Positions 7,101 through 15,921 of a DNA stretch of 64,000 nt are shown here, one piece after another. Origin of the DNA: an uncultured Magnetococcales bacterium (GTDB lineage: Bacteria > Pseudomonadota > Alphaproteobacteria > UBA2136 > JAPKEQ01); NCBI GenBank assembly GCA_964015495.1, contig CAXHDG010000002.1:1449-65448 (forward strand). The letters run 5' to 3'. Positions within the stretch are counted from its first letter, which is position 1; each line of letters opens with the position of its first letter. The notes beneath the pieces were generated by a model. The model worked only from the letters and a program-made list of their open reading frames with translations, did no database searches and had not been told where the DNA came from. The position numbers were made by a program, and so were the translations under genes.

Positions 7101-9224
7101 ATGGAGTGCATCATGGCCGCAAAAGTAGCGAAAAAAACTTTAAAGAAAATGCCGACTGCAAAGCAGATGGAAGCCTTGAAAAAGGATGATAAAAATTACG
7201 TTTCCGCTTTAGAGGATAGCGTCACATTTTTAGATGGCCGCCAACAGGCTATTTATGCCATTGCGCGCAAGTATCACCTTGATCGTGATGAGCTCTATCA
7301 AGAAGCCTACGAAACTCTTCTGACTTGTTTGAGGGATTTTACGCCAGTGTTTCAGCAAGCATCTGGCAAAATTATTTCTGTGCAATTTACAACATTCTTT
7401 GGGAGCCGCCTTGAAACGCGTGCCATGGAGCTTAGAAACCGCGACCCTGAATATCAGGCGCGTGCAGCTTATATTAATAATATGAGCGATGATGAAAAAG
7501 AAGCTTTTAGAAAAGATCCCCCACTTTTGGTTCAGCACCTCGATCATGAGCTTAATATGCATGATGGCCTTGAAAATGAGGTTTATGAATCTCGTGAAGG
7601 TAGTAAGACAGATGTGGCTATGAAAATTCTCCGTGATAGTTTCTTTGAGAAAAAAATTGAAGAGCTTGTTGAGAGAGAAACAGATGAGAAAAAACGTGCG
7701 GCGCTTATGTATGTTAAGGTTGGTGGCGTTTATAACTTCCAAGAGATTGCTTACCATTTTGGCGTAACAGATTCACGCGCAAGCCAAGTTATGAATGAGC
7801 TTATGGACGCTTTTTATATTCAGCGTATGATTGATGGTAGCATTGAAAGTGTTGCCCATGATTTTGAAAAACTTAAATTTAACGATAAGCGTGTTATTCG
7901 TCTTGTAAGCGAGGCGGTTAAAAACTCTGACGCTGAGCGTGGAAAGCTTATTGGAGAAACATTTAACGGTATTAAGGGCCTTGATAAGGCTCTGCAAGCG
8001 GCCTCTTCTGAGAAGGATCAGGCAAAAATTGAAGAGAAAAAGCCTGAAAAGAAAAGAGCAAGCCAGTACTCGCCACCTTCTTACGAGGATATTTTTACGG
8101 ACGAAGATGATGATAAATACCCCCTTGTCGGTGTTGAAGTGCGTTCTATTTCTGCCCTTAAATTTTTGGATATGCCATTTAGACCTCTAGAAATCGAAGA
8201 AAACTTTGATCAGTTTTTAGAAACATTTGATGCAAAAAATAATAGCCTTTACCCTGCCCTTGTAACAGAGGACGGCGTTGTGCTTGATGGAGAGTGGCGC
8301 TTGCGTGCTGCAAAGGAGCAGGGCGTTGATTCATATGTATGCATTACGCGTCGTGTGAGAGATCCTTTAGAGCAAAAAATCCTTCGTATTAAAATTAATC
8401 ATGCGATTTACCCGCCCAAGAAAATTGATTTGTACTACGCGATTGGTGTTCTTTCAGATGAGGGAATGTCTCAGCAAAAAATAGCAGATGCACTGGGTAC
8501 AAGTCGTACCAATGTTCTTGTTTATGTGAAAGTGCGTGATAAGGCTTCCCTTAAAATGCGCGCTTTGTATGAAGATGGCCTTATCCAAATTACAAATGCA
8601 AGCAACTGCGCAGACCTTGAGGAAGAAGAACAGGACCGTATTGCAGCGTTTATTCGCAAATACGGGATTGTTTGGTCTAAGGGCGCAAAGTTTAACGAGC
8701 TGTTTGCCGCGATACATAGCCGCAAAATTGACAGCCTTGAAGCGAAGCTAAGTAAAACGCTACCAGATCAAAAATCTGTAGAGGTTTCATCTTCAGCGCT
8801 TATGCCTCAGTCTGATAACAAGCTTGTATCTTCTTTGCAGAGTAGTATTAAGACATATGAGCAAAGCCTGAAAGATAACGAAGTTTGGGCGGCTCAGCGT
8901 GAGGGTGTAATTACAAACCTACGCGAAGAGCTAGATAAAGTGAAGGCTGATTCAGAAGGTCTTAAAAAAGAGCTAGATGCTGCAGAGCTTATGAAGTTTG
9001 GCAATCCTAAAGCAATTGAAGAAGAACTGGAAAACCTGAAACGCTTTTATGGTATTACTGAGCGTCTTTCTGGTGCGACGCATAGCCTTAAAAAAGCAAG
9101 TCGAGATATCAATAAGGTACCACTAAAGCGCAAGCAAGTTGTTGAGATTGATGAGCTTATGGACTCGCTAGAAGAAGCTCTCAATACATTTAGGGTAACT
9201 GTAGCAAGCCATAAAAAGGCATAA
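7101..9224 (+). CDS. Fusion protein: N-terminal sigma-70-family-like domain (regions 2 and 4), ParB/Srx-like N-terminal domain with HTH, and a C-terminal coiled coil
   Basis: Residues ~45-110 (QQAIYAIARKYHLDRDELYQEAYETLLTCLRDFTPVFQQASGKIISVQFTTFFGSRLETRAMELRNR) resemble sigma region 2. ALMYVKVGGVYNFQEIAYHFGVTDSRASQVMNELMDAF resembles region 4.2 (..VSESRVSQI..). Residues ~330-420 contain the ParB box-like LDGEWRLRAAKEQG (compare GHRR(L/W)RAA). An HTH follows (MSQQKIADALGTSRTNV). The last ~200 aa are E/K-rich coiled coil. Confidence 0.5.
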   Translation: MECIMAAKVAKKTLKKMPTAKQMEALKKDDKNYVSALEDSVTFLDGRQQAIYAIARKYHLDRDELYQEAYETLLTCLRDFTPVFQQASGKIISVQFTTFFGSRLETRAMELRNRDPEYQARAAYINNMSDDEKEAFRKDPPLLVQHLDHELNMHDGLENEVYESREGSKTDVAMKILRDSFFEKKIEELVERETDEKKRAALMYVKVGGVYNFQEIAYHFGVTDSRASQVMNELMDAFYIQRMIDGSIESVAHDFEKLKFNDKRVIRLVSEAVKNSDAERGKLIGETFNGIKGLDKALQAASSEKDQAKIEEKKPEKKRASQYSPPSYEDIFTDEDDDKYPLVGVEVRSISALKFLDMPFRPLEIEENFDQFLETFDAKNNSLYPALVTEDGVVLDGEWRLRAAKEQGVDSYVCITRRVRDPLEQKILRIKINHAIYPPKKIDLYYAIGVLSDEGMSQQKIADALGTSRTNVLVYVKVRDKASLKMRALYEDGLIQITNASNCADLEEEEQDRIAAFIRKYGIVWSKGAKFNELFAAIHSRKIDSLEAKLSKTLPDQKSVEVSSSALMPQSDNKLVSSLQSSIKTYEQSLKDNEVWAAQREGVITNLREELDKVKADSEGLKKELDAAELMKFGNPKAIEEELENLKRFYGITERLSGATHSLKKASRDINKVPLKRKQVVEIDELMDSLEEALNTFRVTVASHKKA

Positions 9225-9304
9225 AATAACAAAGTGTCAGTTGTTTAGGGGTTGTTTTCTCTTGTCTCAGGCCATAAACTTTAGGATGAGTGTAATTTAA
9301 GGGT

Positions 9305-11245
9305 ATGGCTATGTTCTCTAAGCTATTTTATGTGTTTGCCATTTTTATGGGTCTTTTCGCTTCTGTTGTAAGTTATGCGCAGGAGGAGATGGATCCTGCA
9401 AACCACACTGTTGTAGACCCTGTAAATAGCAGGGATACAACCACTTTTGTGCCAACATCAGCCTCATTAGATTCTACAACGTCTGCAAAATACGGTGTTC
9501 TTGGTAATATTGGTCGTTCTGTCACAGCTGGTGGTTCCACGCCGGCAGCTGGCTTTCAGTTGAATGATGGAGACTTGGATACTCTAACAGGTGGCAGCGT
9601 TGATGCTGCAAGGGAGAGAAACGAGCTTCTTGGCTGTAGTACTATGGACTACCATGCTTCTATGATTACTTCTTTGAATAATAATGAAACAGATATTGAA
9701 GAGTATGTGGATTCTCCTATGGGGACATTTATGCTTACAACGCTCCTTAATAGCCCTGCCATTGCAGCAACATTTAATAGTGTTGAGGCTTTTGGTGCTA
9801 AGCGTGTTCAGCTTATGCAAGACCGCTGTCAAGCTATGCAGTCAGATGCAACTGTTAGCGCTGAAGGTATGATGCGCTGGCAAGCTCTACAAGCTTGCGT
9901 TGCAGCCAATACGGAGGCGGCTGCCGGGGGAAGCACTGGTGTGTCTTCAATGAGCCGCAGGAGTGATAGTGAGGCGGTTGCTGTGGCTATGGCATACAGA
10001 GCTTGTCTTTATGGGTCTCAAGGTCAGGAAGATAGATTTGGTACTGACCCTATTGAAGCTTTTGGCGCTTCAGTTTCTCCAGGTTCTGTTGCTGCTTCAT
10101 TAGAAGGGGCAATGAAAGAGGATGTTTTAGAATTTGATGGTGATACGCCAAGTCTTTGGACAGGGACATTGTTCCATGCGCTTCGAAATACAGCGTTTTG
10201 TGAAATGGATGGCGCAGAAAGTGGAGATAGCCCAGATGTAGATACTACACTGGCTCATCACTGCTCAATTATGGCAATGATACCTAATGTAAGGTGGTGT
10301 GCGGGTTCTGAAATGATGGATCGTAGCTGCCTGAATGATAGTAAGGTTCGCCTCTCAAGGGCAACGTTTACGCCTCAGCAAGTGTTTGACCTTCTGTATG
10401 CGTTTACAGATAGGGAAGTAAGTTATAGAGATCAGTTTGCCAGGTCTCTGGTTGGGCGTGCCGGTGAGGGTGTTGCTATTGAAATTGCTAAAAAAGGTGA
10501 AACCCTTTATTCGCCAATGGTTTTAAGACCTGTAAGTGAGGCGATTGTTGGTGGAAGAGCCGATGAGGTTCGTCTCTTTACTGGCTGTCTTGCAAACGGC
10601 GCTACAGCTTTGGGTACTGCCGAAGATTTTAGTACATATATTACCCGTGCAATTGCCAACAGTACAAATTTAAGGGATGATTTACCTGTTTCATTTAACC
10701 CAAGTTTAACTTTAGTTGGTTTGCAGAGTGAGCTGGAAACTGCTATTCCTGTTCCAACAACTTTTGCTATGAATGATATATTGGATTTAACTCCTGGTGG
10801 TGAAGTGGGTGGCCAGCGTTCTGCCACTGTTAGCCCTGATGGATCAGGAGGTATGTATAATGTCGGTACATTTGGCTGGCTTGCCGCTAACGCAACGCGC
10901 TGTGTGATGAAACATCAAATGAGACTGACGTTGATGGATCATATTAGGATTGGCCAGCTTCCACAGGAAGAGCGCGTGGGTGCTTTGCTTGCTGTTCGTA
11001 TGAATATCGCTCAGCTTTCAACGGAGCTTTTATACAGGTTCCTAAAAGAGAAACTTATGTTTGCGCAACTGGATATGCAAAACGGAGGTTCGGTGAGCAG
11101 TCGTCGTGCCACGCCGCCGCATGTACTTGCATCTCTTGAAACCTTGGTAAAAATCATTGAGGGGCAGATTGAGACAATGCAGACATTGAAGTCAAGCCAG
11201 CATACAATGTCTGGACTTTTGAGTAATATTCGTTCTGTGCAATAG
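9305..11245 (+). CDS. Secreted cysteine-rich protein, tentatively TraH/TraN-like (mating-pair or pilus assembly component)
   Basis: Signal peptide (FAIFMGLFASVVSYA/QE). About 10 Cys in the mature part. Weak resemblance to the F TraH N-region (GCSTMDYH versus TraH GCGGIDAY; TAGGS versus ATGGS). Located between the T4SS blocks. Confidence 0.3.
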   Translation: MAMFSKLFYVFAIFMGLFASVVSYAQEEMDPANHTVVDPVNSRDTTTFVPTSASLDSTTSAKYGVLGNIGRSVTAGGSTPAAGFQLNDGDLDTLTGGSVDAARERNELLGCSTMDYHASMITSLNNNETDIEEYVDSPMGTFMLTTLLNSPAIAATFNSVEAFGAKRVQLMQDRCQAMQSDATVSAEGMMRWQALQACVAANTEAAAGGSTGVSSMSRRSDSEAVAVAMAYRACLYGSQGQEDRFGTDPIEAFGASVSPGSVAASLEGAMKEDVLEFDGDTPSLWTGTLFHALRNTAFCEMDGAESGDSPDVDTTLAHHCSIMAMIPNVRWCAGSEMMDRSCLNDSKVRLSRATFTPQQVFDLLYAFTDREVSYRDQFARSLVGRAGEGVAIEIAKKGETLYSPMVLRPVSEAIVGGRADEVRLFTGCLANGATALGTAEDFSTYITRAIANSTNLRDDLPVSFNPSLTLVGLQSELETAIPVPTTFAMNDILDLTPGGEVGGQRSATVSPDGSGGMYNVGTFGWLAANATRCVMKHQMRLTLMDHIRIGQLPQEERVGALLAVRMNIAQLSTELLYRFLKEKLMFAQLDMQNGGSVSSRRATPPHVLASLETLVKIIEGQIETMQTLKSSQHTMSGLLSNIRSVQ

Positions 11246-11300
11246 CCTTCTTATTGTCCTCCTGGAGGGGGAGGCGCTTGTTAGATGAGTTTTGCGTTTT

Positions 11301-11334
11301 AAAGGGGTTGTAGATTGCAATCCCTTTTTCTTTG
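11301..11334 (+). terminator. Probable rho-independent terminator
   Basis: GGGGTTG-tagatt-gCAATCCC imperfect hairpin (G-T wobbles) followed by TTTTTCTTTG, ~60 nt after the stop codon at 11245. Confidence 0.35.
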
Positions 11335-11423
11335 AGGTATTCTCATTGTGTAATTTTATGTTTTTAGCTTAAAAGAAGGCGCTTTTTGTGTACCGTTTTT
11401 CTTTGTTTATGGAGAAGTTTTAG

Positions 11424-12899
11424 ATGACTGATGGATATGAAGGACAGCAACCCTCAAGTGGTAAAGAAGGGGTACAGCTTGCTGTTGAGCGTTTTAATGA
11501 GCTTCCTTCTGCTGGTAAATATGCCTTAATTGGTGTTGGGTTGTTTTTTGTTTTTGTCATTCTTTTCCGTGGTGGTGGCGGGGCTGAGCCTACTCGCCCT
11601 GCTGTTAAGCAAGAAGTTTCGCGCGCAAGTATTCAAAATTTAGAGAATAAATCACCTGAAAACGGATCGCAGTTTACAACAGTTGATGCTGAAAGGGATT
11701 CGTTATATCGAGGATTTGTTTCGCAGCAGCAAATTGCTCTTTCTGGCTTGCGTGATGATGTAAAAACGCAAATGGACCAAAGAGATTCTCAGTTTTTAGA
11801 AATTCAAAACAGGGTGATTGAACAAACCAGTAAACTTGATGAGATGATTCGTACGTTTGAAGTTCAAATTCGCTCTATGCAAGAAGATAATGTGGAATTT
11901 AGAGAGCAAATGAGCCGCCTTGCCGAGGAAGCGCAGCGCCAAGGTGTGCGCCAAGGTATGGGAATGGGCGGTACACCTGAACGCCGTAGGCAGAGGGTAT
12001 CCCAAACCCCTTTAGGTAGTGGCGGTATGGCCGGAGGAGGAATCAATGGCCAGCCGCTTATCCCAGGAATTATTGGAGGGGCGACCGGCGGTAATGTTCG
12101 TATTGATCAGCACGGAAATGTAATTGGACCTGTGGTGCAGGAAGTGATCTATGAAGACCCTAACCCGTTTTTACCACCTTTAGGTTTTATTAAGGGTACG
12201 CTCCTTAACGGTGTTGATGCGCTTGCTGGTGCAGGTGTTGCAGCCCCTGCGCTTGTGCGTATGTCGGGGACGTATAAAACCGCTATGAACTCTACAGTAA
12301 GCTTAGATGGCTGCATGATGCTTGTAGAATTTGAAGGGGAGCTTTCAACGGAAAGAGCGCTTGGAAAGCCAAGCCAAATGACATGTGTTTATCCTGACCG
12401 TGGTGCTGTAACTTATGGTGTTACAGGGTATGTTGTTGATGCTAAAGATGGTATTGTTGGTGTGCCTGGTGTGTTTTATGAGGGTGATCCTAGTAAAATT
12501 GCTGCGGTATTTGCGGCAGAATTTCTTGCAGGTGTTGCCTCTCTTGTTGAAGAGAGCCAAATTACAAGAACATCAGACCTTGAAGGAAATGAGCAGACCA
12601 CTGTTACCGGAAGTCAGGTTCAGGCACAGCTTTCAAGTGGTGTAAATGATTCAGTTCAAACTTTGCGTGACTACCTCGTGGAGCGCCTAGACCGTGTTCA
12701 GTCCTTTATTAGACTGGATGCAACGCGAGATATTCACATTGTAATGCTTAGCGGTATTGAGCTTCGAGGGGCTGGTAGCCCATGGACATTGCTATTTGAA
12801 GGTGTTGCATTGGATGCTGCTAGAGCTAAAGCTGAAAATGCTGCTGCGCAGGCAAATGATAAGCAGGCTGCTGCCCAGTCACAAAACGTAAATTACTAA
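11424..12899 (+). CDS. traB: F-type T4SS protein TraB (VirB10-like)
   Basis: 491 aa (F TraB is 475 aa). N-terminal cytoplasmic segment, one TM (LIGVGLFFVFVILF), a coiled-coil region, a Gly/Pro-rich stretch, a C-terminal beta-rich TrbI/VirB10-like domain and a Q/A-rich tail. Followed by traV and traC. Confidence 0.6.
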   Translation: MTDGYEGQQPSSGKEGVQLAVERFNELPSAGKYALIGVGLFFVFVILFRGGGGAEPTRPAVKQEVSRASIQNLENKSPENGSQFTTVDAERDSLYRGFVSQQQIALSGLRDDVKTQMDQRDSQFLEIQNRVIEQTSKLDEMIRTFEVQIRSMQEDNVEFREQMSRLAEEAQRQGVRQGMGMGGTPERRRQRVSQTPLGSGGMAGGGINGQPLIPGIIGGATGGNVRIDQHGNVIGPVVQEVIYEDPNPFLPPLGFIKGTLLNGVDALAGAGVAAPALVRMSGTYKTAMNSTVSLDGCMMLVEFEGELSTERALGKPSQMTCVYPDRGAVTYGVTGYVVDAKDGIVGVPGVFYEGDPSKIAAVFAAEFLAGVASLVEESQITRTSDLEGNEQTTVTGSQVQAQLSSGVNDSVQTLRDYLVERLDRVQSFIRLDATRDIHIVMLSGIELRGAGSPWTLLFEGVALDAARAKAENAAAQANDKQAAAQSQNVNY

Positions 12900-12923
12900 A
12901 AATAATAAACAAGGTATAACACA

Positions 12924-13337
12924 ATGAAACAAATCAGAATTGTCGGTGCAATCCTTCTTGTGTCGGTTTCTATCTCTGGGTGTAAATATTACGGAAGCGC
13001 TGTTCCTCCAGAGTACCCCGTTTCAATGGATGATGCTTTGGATGTGGCAACGGATAGAAACACAACAATGGGCGGAATTCAAAGACCTATTGTACGTAAA
13101 CTAACTCGTCCTGCTATTGATCAGCCAACATATGTGCCAGAAAAAGAACTTGCAGTTGTTGCTCCCCCAAAAACGCTTCTTGTGTGGTCATACCCTCATG
13201 TAACGGAAGATAACACACGTGTGTTTGGTAATTGGGCGACTATCTTTATTAATGACAGGTACGAGTGGATTCCACCAAGCAATGAAGTTGCCGCAGAAGA
13301 AATGACATTTGGAGGGGGCTATGGGGCTTCTCGATAA
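12924..13337 (+). CDS. traV: F-type T4SS lipoprotein TraV (VirB7-like)
   Basis: 137 aa. Lipoprotein signal with lipobox ISGC. In the F-like traB-traV-traC order. Confidence 0.5.
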   Translation: MKQIRIVGAILLVSVSISGCKYYGSAVPPEYPVSMDDALDVATDRNTTMGGIQRPIVRKLTRPAIDQPTYVPEKELAVVAPPKTLLVWSYPHVTEDNTRVFGNWATIFINDRYEWIPPSNEVAAEEMTFGGGYGASR

Positions 13338-15918
13338 AGATGTTCATGCGCCAATACGTCCTAACCGTATCGGTGAACAGCTTCCCTATTTTGAGTACGA
13401 GGATAAGGCAAACTCTGATTACCATGGCTATTACCTTTTAAAGGATGGCTCTCTTGGTATTGCTTGGAAAGTTGCAATTCCACCTTCTTATTCTTATGAC
13501 CAAGGTTATATACAGACAAACAATGAATTTAGAACGTTTGTTGAAAGTGTGCCTATGGGGTATGAAGTACAGATTACTGTCACTTCACACAATAACCTTA
13601 CAGAAAAAATGAAAAGATACCTGTCTCTAGAGTCAGGGACTGAAAAAGGTAAAATTCTTAGACATTCACGCGCAGAAAAACTTCTAGATGCTGGGTTTAA
13701 TGGTTATCAAGTGAGTGATGCCAGTTTTACAATGCTCCGTGATACTTACATGGTGATTACATTAAGATCTCCAACCTTTATTGAGAATCTTGGTCTTCTT
13801 GCGACTGTTATGGAATCTTTGTTCCAGCTATTTGCAACACTCTTTAGTGTGGTAGGCCTTGATCTCTCTCAAATGCTTGATGGCTTCCTTACAAAAATGG
13901 TGAGAGAGAACATGGCTGAGTTTTCTGAATCAGTTATGTCGGCAGAATCTACCCTGAATGAAATGTTTAGCATTGGATCTGGTTCTCGAATGGATCCGGC
14001 AGAGCTTAAAGACCACTATTGGACAATGTATGCACCATCTTACAAAGAGCCTGGTCAAAAAATTTCTGTTGATCCTCATGTTGATTTAAATGATCAAATG
14101 TTCCCGCTCCCTATTGAGCAGGACTTTGACATGATTAAACTTGGGAGCGACTACCACGGCCTTGTGATGATGGCGATTATGCCAGATAGTGTTGGCCCTG
14201 ATTACTTGGGTGTAATTCGTCGTACGCTTATTACTCAGTACACATTCTTTGTAAACATTGCACAGGCTAACCAAATGCTAGAGCGAGCTGCACTTTCTGT
14301 ATCTTCTGCGCTGCGTAGCCGTGTGGCAACGATGTTCTCAAAAGAAGAAGCTGCTGCTTTTGCTGAAGAAGCCTCGCAGGTTAAATTCCGTATGTTTGAT
14401 GGACGTAAAATTCTCTACATTATGTGCGGTGTGATTGTGCATGGTAAATCTCGTAAAGAAGTTGAGAACAAAATGCTCCGCATGAACTCAACGTTTAAAA
14501 AACTTTCTGTTGTCCCTGATATGGAGCGTACAATGTCGCTTCAAGGTATTAGTTATAGTTTCCCGCTTGCATGGAGAAATAACTACACTAAACCTTTTGC
14601 AAGAACGCGCCGTGTTCTTTCGGATGATCTGACAGATCTTTTGCCATTCCACGGACACTGGGGCGGGCATGAATACCCACAAGCTGTTTATGTGAACAGA
14701 GATGGTGAGATTACATTCTTTGACCATACTTCGCCTGACTTTGTGAACTGGCACTACGCCATTACAGGTACATCTGGTTCTGGTAAATCTTTTGCAGTTG
14801 TTGATTTAACGCTTCAGCTATTTGCTGCTGGTGTTGAAAAACAGTTTCTTATGACCATTAAAGATGACTACGATCGTTTTGCGCAAACTATGGGTAAACT
14901 TATCATTATTGATCTTGATAATGTTTCGTCTTGTATTAACCCGTTTGCAGGCCCTATTACAAAACACCGCCTTCAGCAATGGTCTACAGCTCTTGAGCTT
15001 ATGATCCAAAAGGGTAGTGATGTTGAGGCAAGCATTATGGAAAGCCGCCTTACCGAGCAAATTGTGCAATATGCATATGAACTCGTTCCTGAAGGTGATG
15101 TTCTTCGCCCGACATGGATTAGAGAGGCTTACTTTAAATTCCCGTATGTGAGTGAAGAGCAGCGTGCAATTGGATTTAGCCATGCAGAGCTTGTTGGTTC
15201 TTACTGTGATGACGGTATTTATGGAAAACTATTTGATGGGTTCCCTTCTATTACAGAGGATGACAAACTGGTTGTCTTTAACCTGCAAAACGTATTAAGT
15301 GAAAAAATTTCGGATGTTATTATTAACGCGATTTTCACCATGCTTGATAACGTTATGTATATGGGTGATCGCGCAGCCAAGAAGCATTTGCTTGTGGATG
15401 AGATGATTACCATGATTACCTCTAAGGGTGGTGCGCAGGTTGCAAACCAGCTTAAGCGTGCCTTCCGTACATATCGTTCCCTTAACTGTATGTGTGGTAT
15501 TGCTTCTCAGAACGAGGAAGACCTCACAACAGAAGTTGGCCAGGCGATTATTGGTAACATTACAAAACGTATGGTTCTTAAACCACGTAAAGAGATGATA
15601 CCTCTTCTTATGGAAACTTTGGGGCTTCGAAGTGAGCGCCACCAGGCTAATATTGAATCTCTTGAAACAAAGCCTGGTTTTTATAGTGAATTTTACCTTA
15701 TGTCTCCTTCGGGCGAGGTTGTCTGTCGTTTGATTACAGATAAGCTAACCTATGCCTTGGCCACAACAACGCCAGAGGATGTATCTGAGATTAAGAGATT
15801 GAGGCAAGATAATGGTGGTGATTGGTGGAAAGCAACGCTACAATTTAGCCAAATTTACCCACATGGTGTACGTGCAGCAATTAAAGCCGCACGACAGCAA
15901 GAAGGAGACGCTGCATAA
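13309..15918 (+). CDS. traC: F-type T4SS ATPase TraC (VirB4 family)
   Basis: 869 aa (F TraC is 875 aa). Walker A ITGTSGSGKSF matches F TraC CGTSGAGKT. DLDNVSSCINPFAG matches F TraC ...RFNPFAN. Confidence 0.8.
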   Translation: MEGAMGLLDKDVHAPIRPNRIGEQLPYFEYEDKANSDYHGYYLLKDGSLGIAWKVAIPPSYSYDQGYIQTNNEFRTFVESVPMGYEVQITVTSHNNLTEKMKRYLSLESGTEKGKILRHSRAEKLLDAGFNGYQVSDASFTMLRDTYMVITLRSPTFIENLGLLATVMESLFQLFATLFSVVGLDLSQMLDGFLTKMVRENMAEFSESVMSAESTLNEMFSIGSGSRMDPAELKDHYWTMYAPSYKEPGQKISVDPHVDLNDQMFPLPIEQDFDMIKLGSDYHGLVMMAIMPDSVGPDYLGVIRRTLITQYTFFVNIAQANQMLERAALSVSSALRSRVATMFSKEEAAAFAEEASQVKFRMFDGRKILYIMCGVIVHGKSRKEVENKMLRMNSTFKKLSVVPDMERTMSLQGISYSFPLAWRNNYTKPFARTRRVLSDDLTDLLPFHGHWGGHEYPQAVYVNRDGEITFFDHTSPDFVNWHYAITGTSGSGKSFAVVDLTLQLFAAGVEKQFLMTIKDDYDRFAQTMGKLIIIDLDNVSSCINPFAGPITKHRLQQWSTALELMIQKGSDVEASIMESRLTEQIVQYAYELVPEGDVLRPTWIREAYFKFPYVSEEQRAIGFSHAELVGSYCDDGIYGKLFDGFPSITEDDKLVVFNLQNVLSEKISDVIINAIFTMLDNVMYMGDRAAKKHLLVDEMITMITSKGGAQVANQLKRAFRTYRSLNCMCGIASQNEEDLTTEVGQAIIGNITKRMVLKPRKEMIPLLMETLGLRSERHQANIESLETKPGFYSEFYLMSPSGEVVCRLITDKLTYALATTTPEDVSEIKRLRQDNGGDWWKATLQFSQIYPHGVRAAIKAARQQEGDAA

Positions 15919-15921
15919 GCT

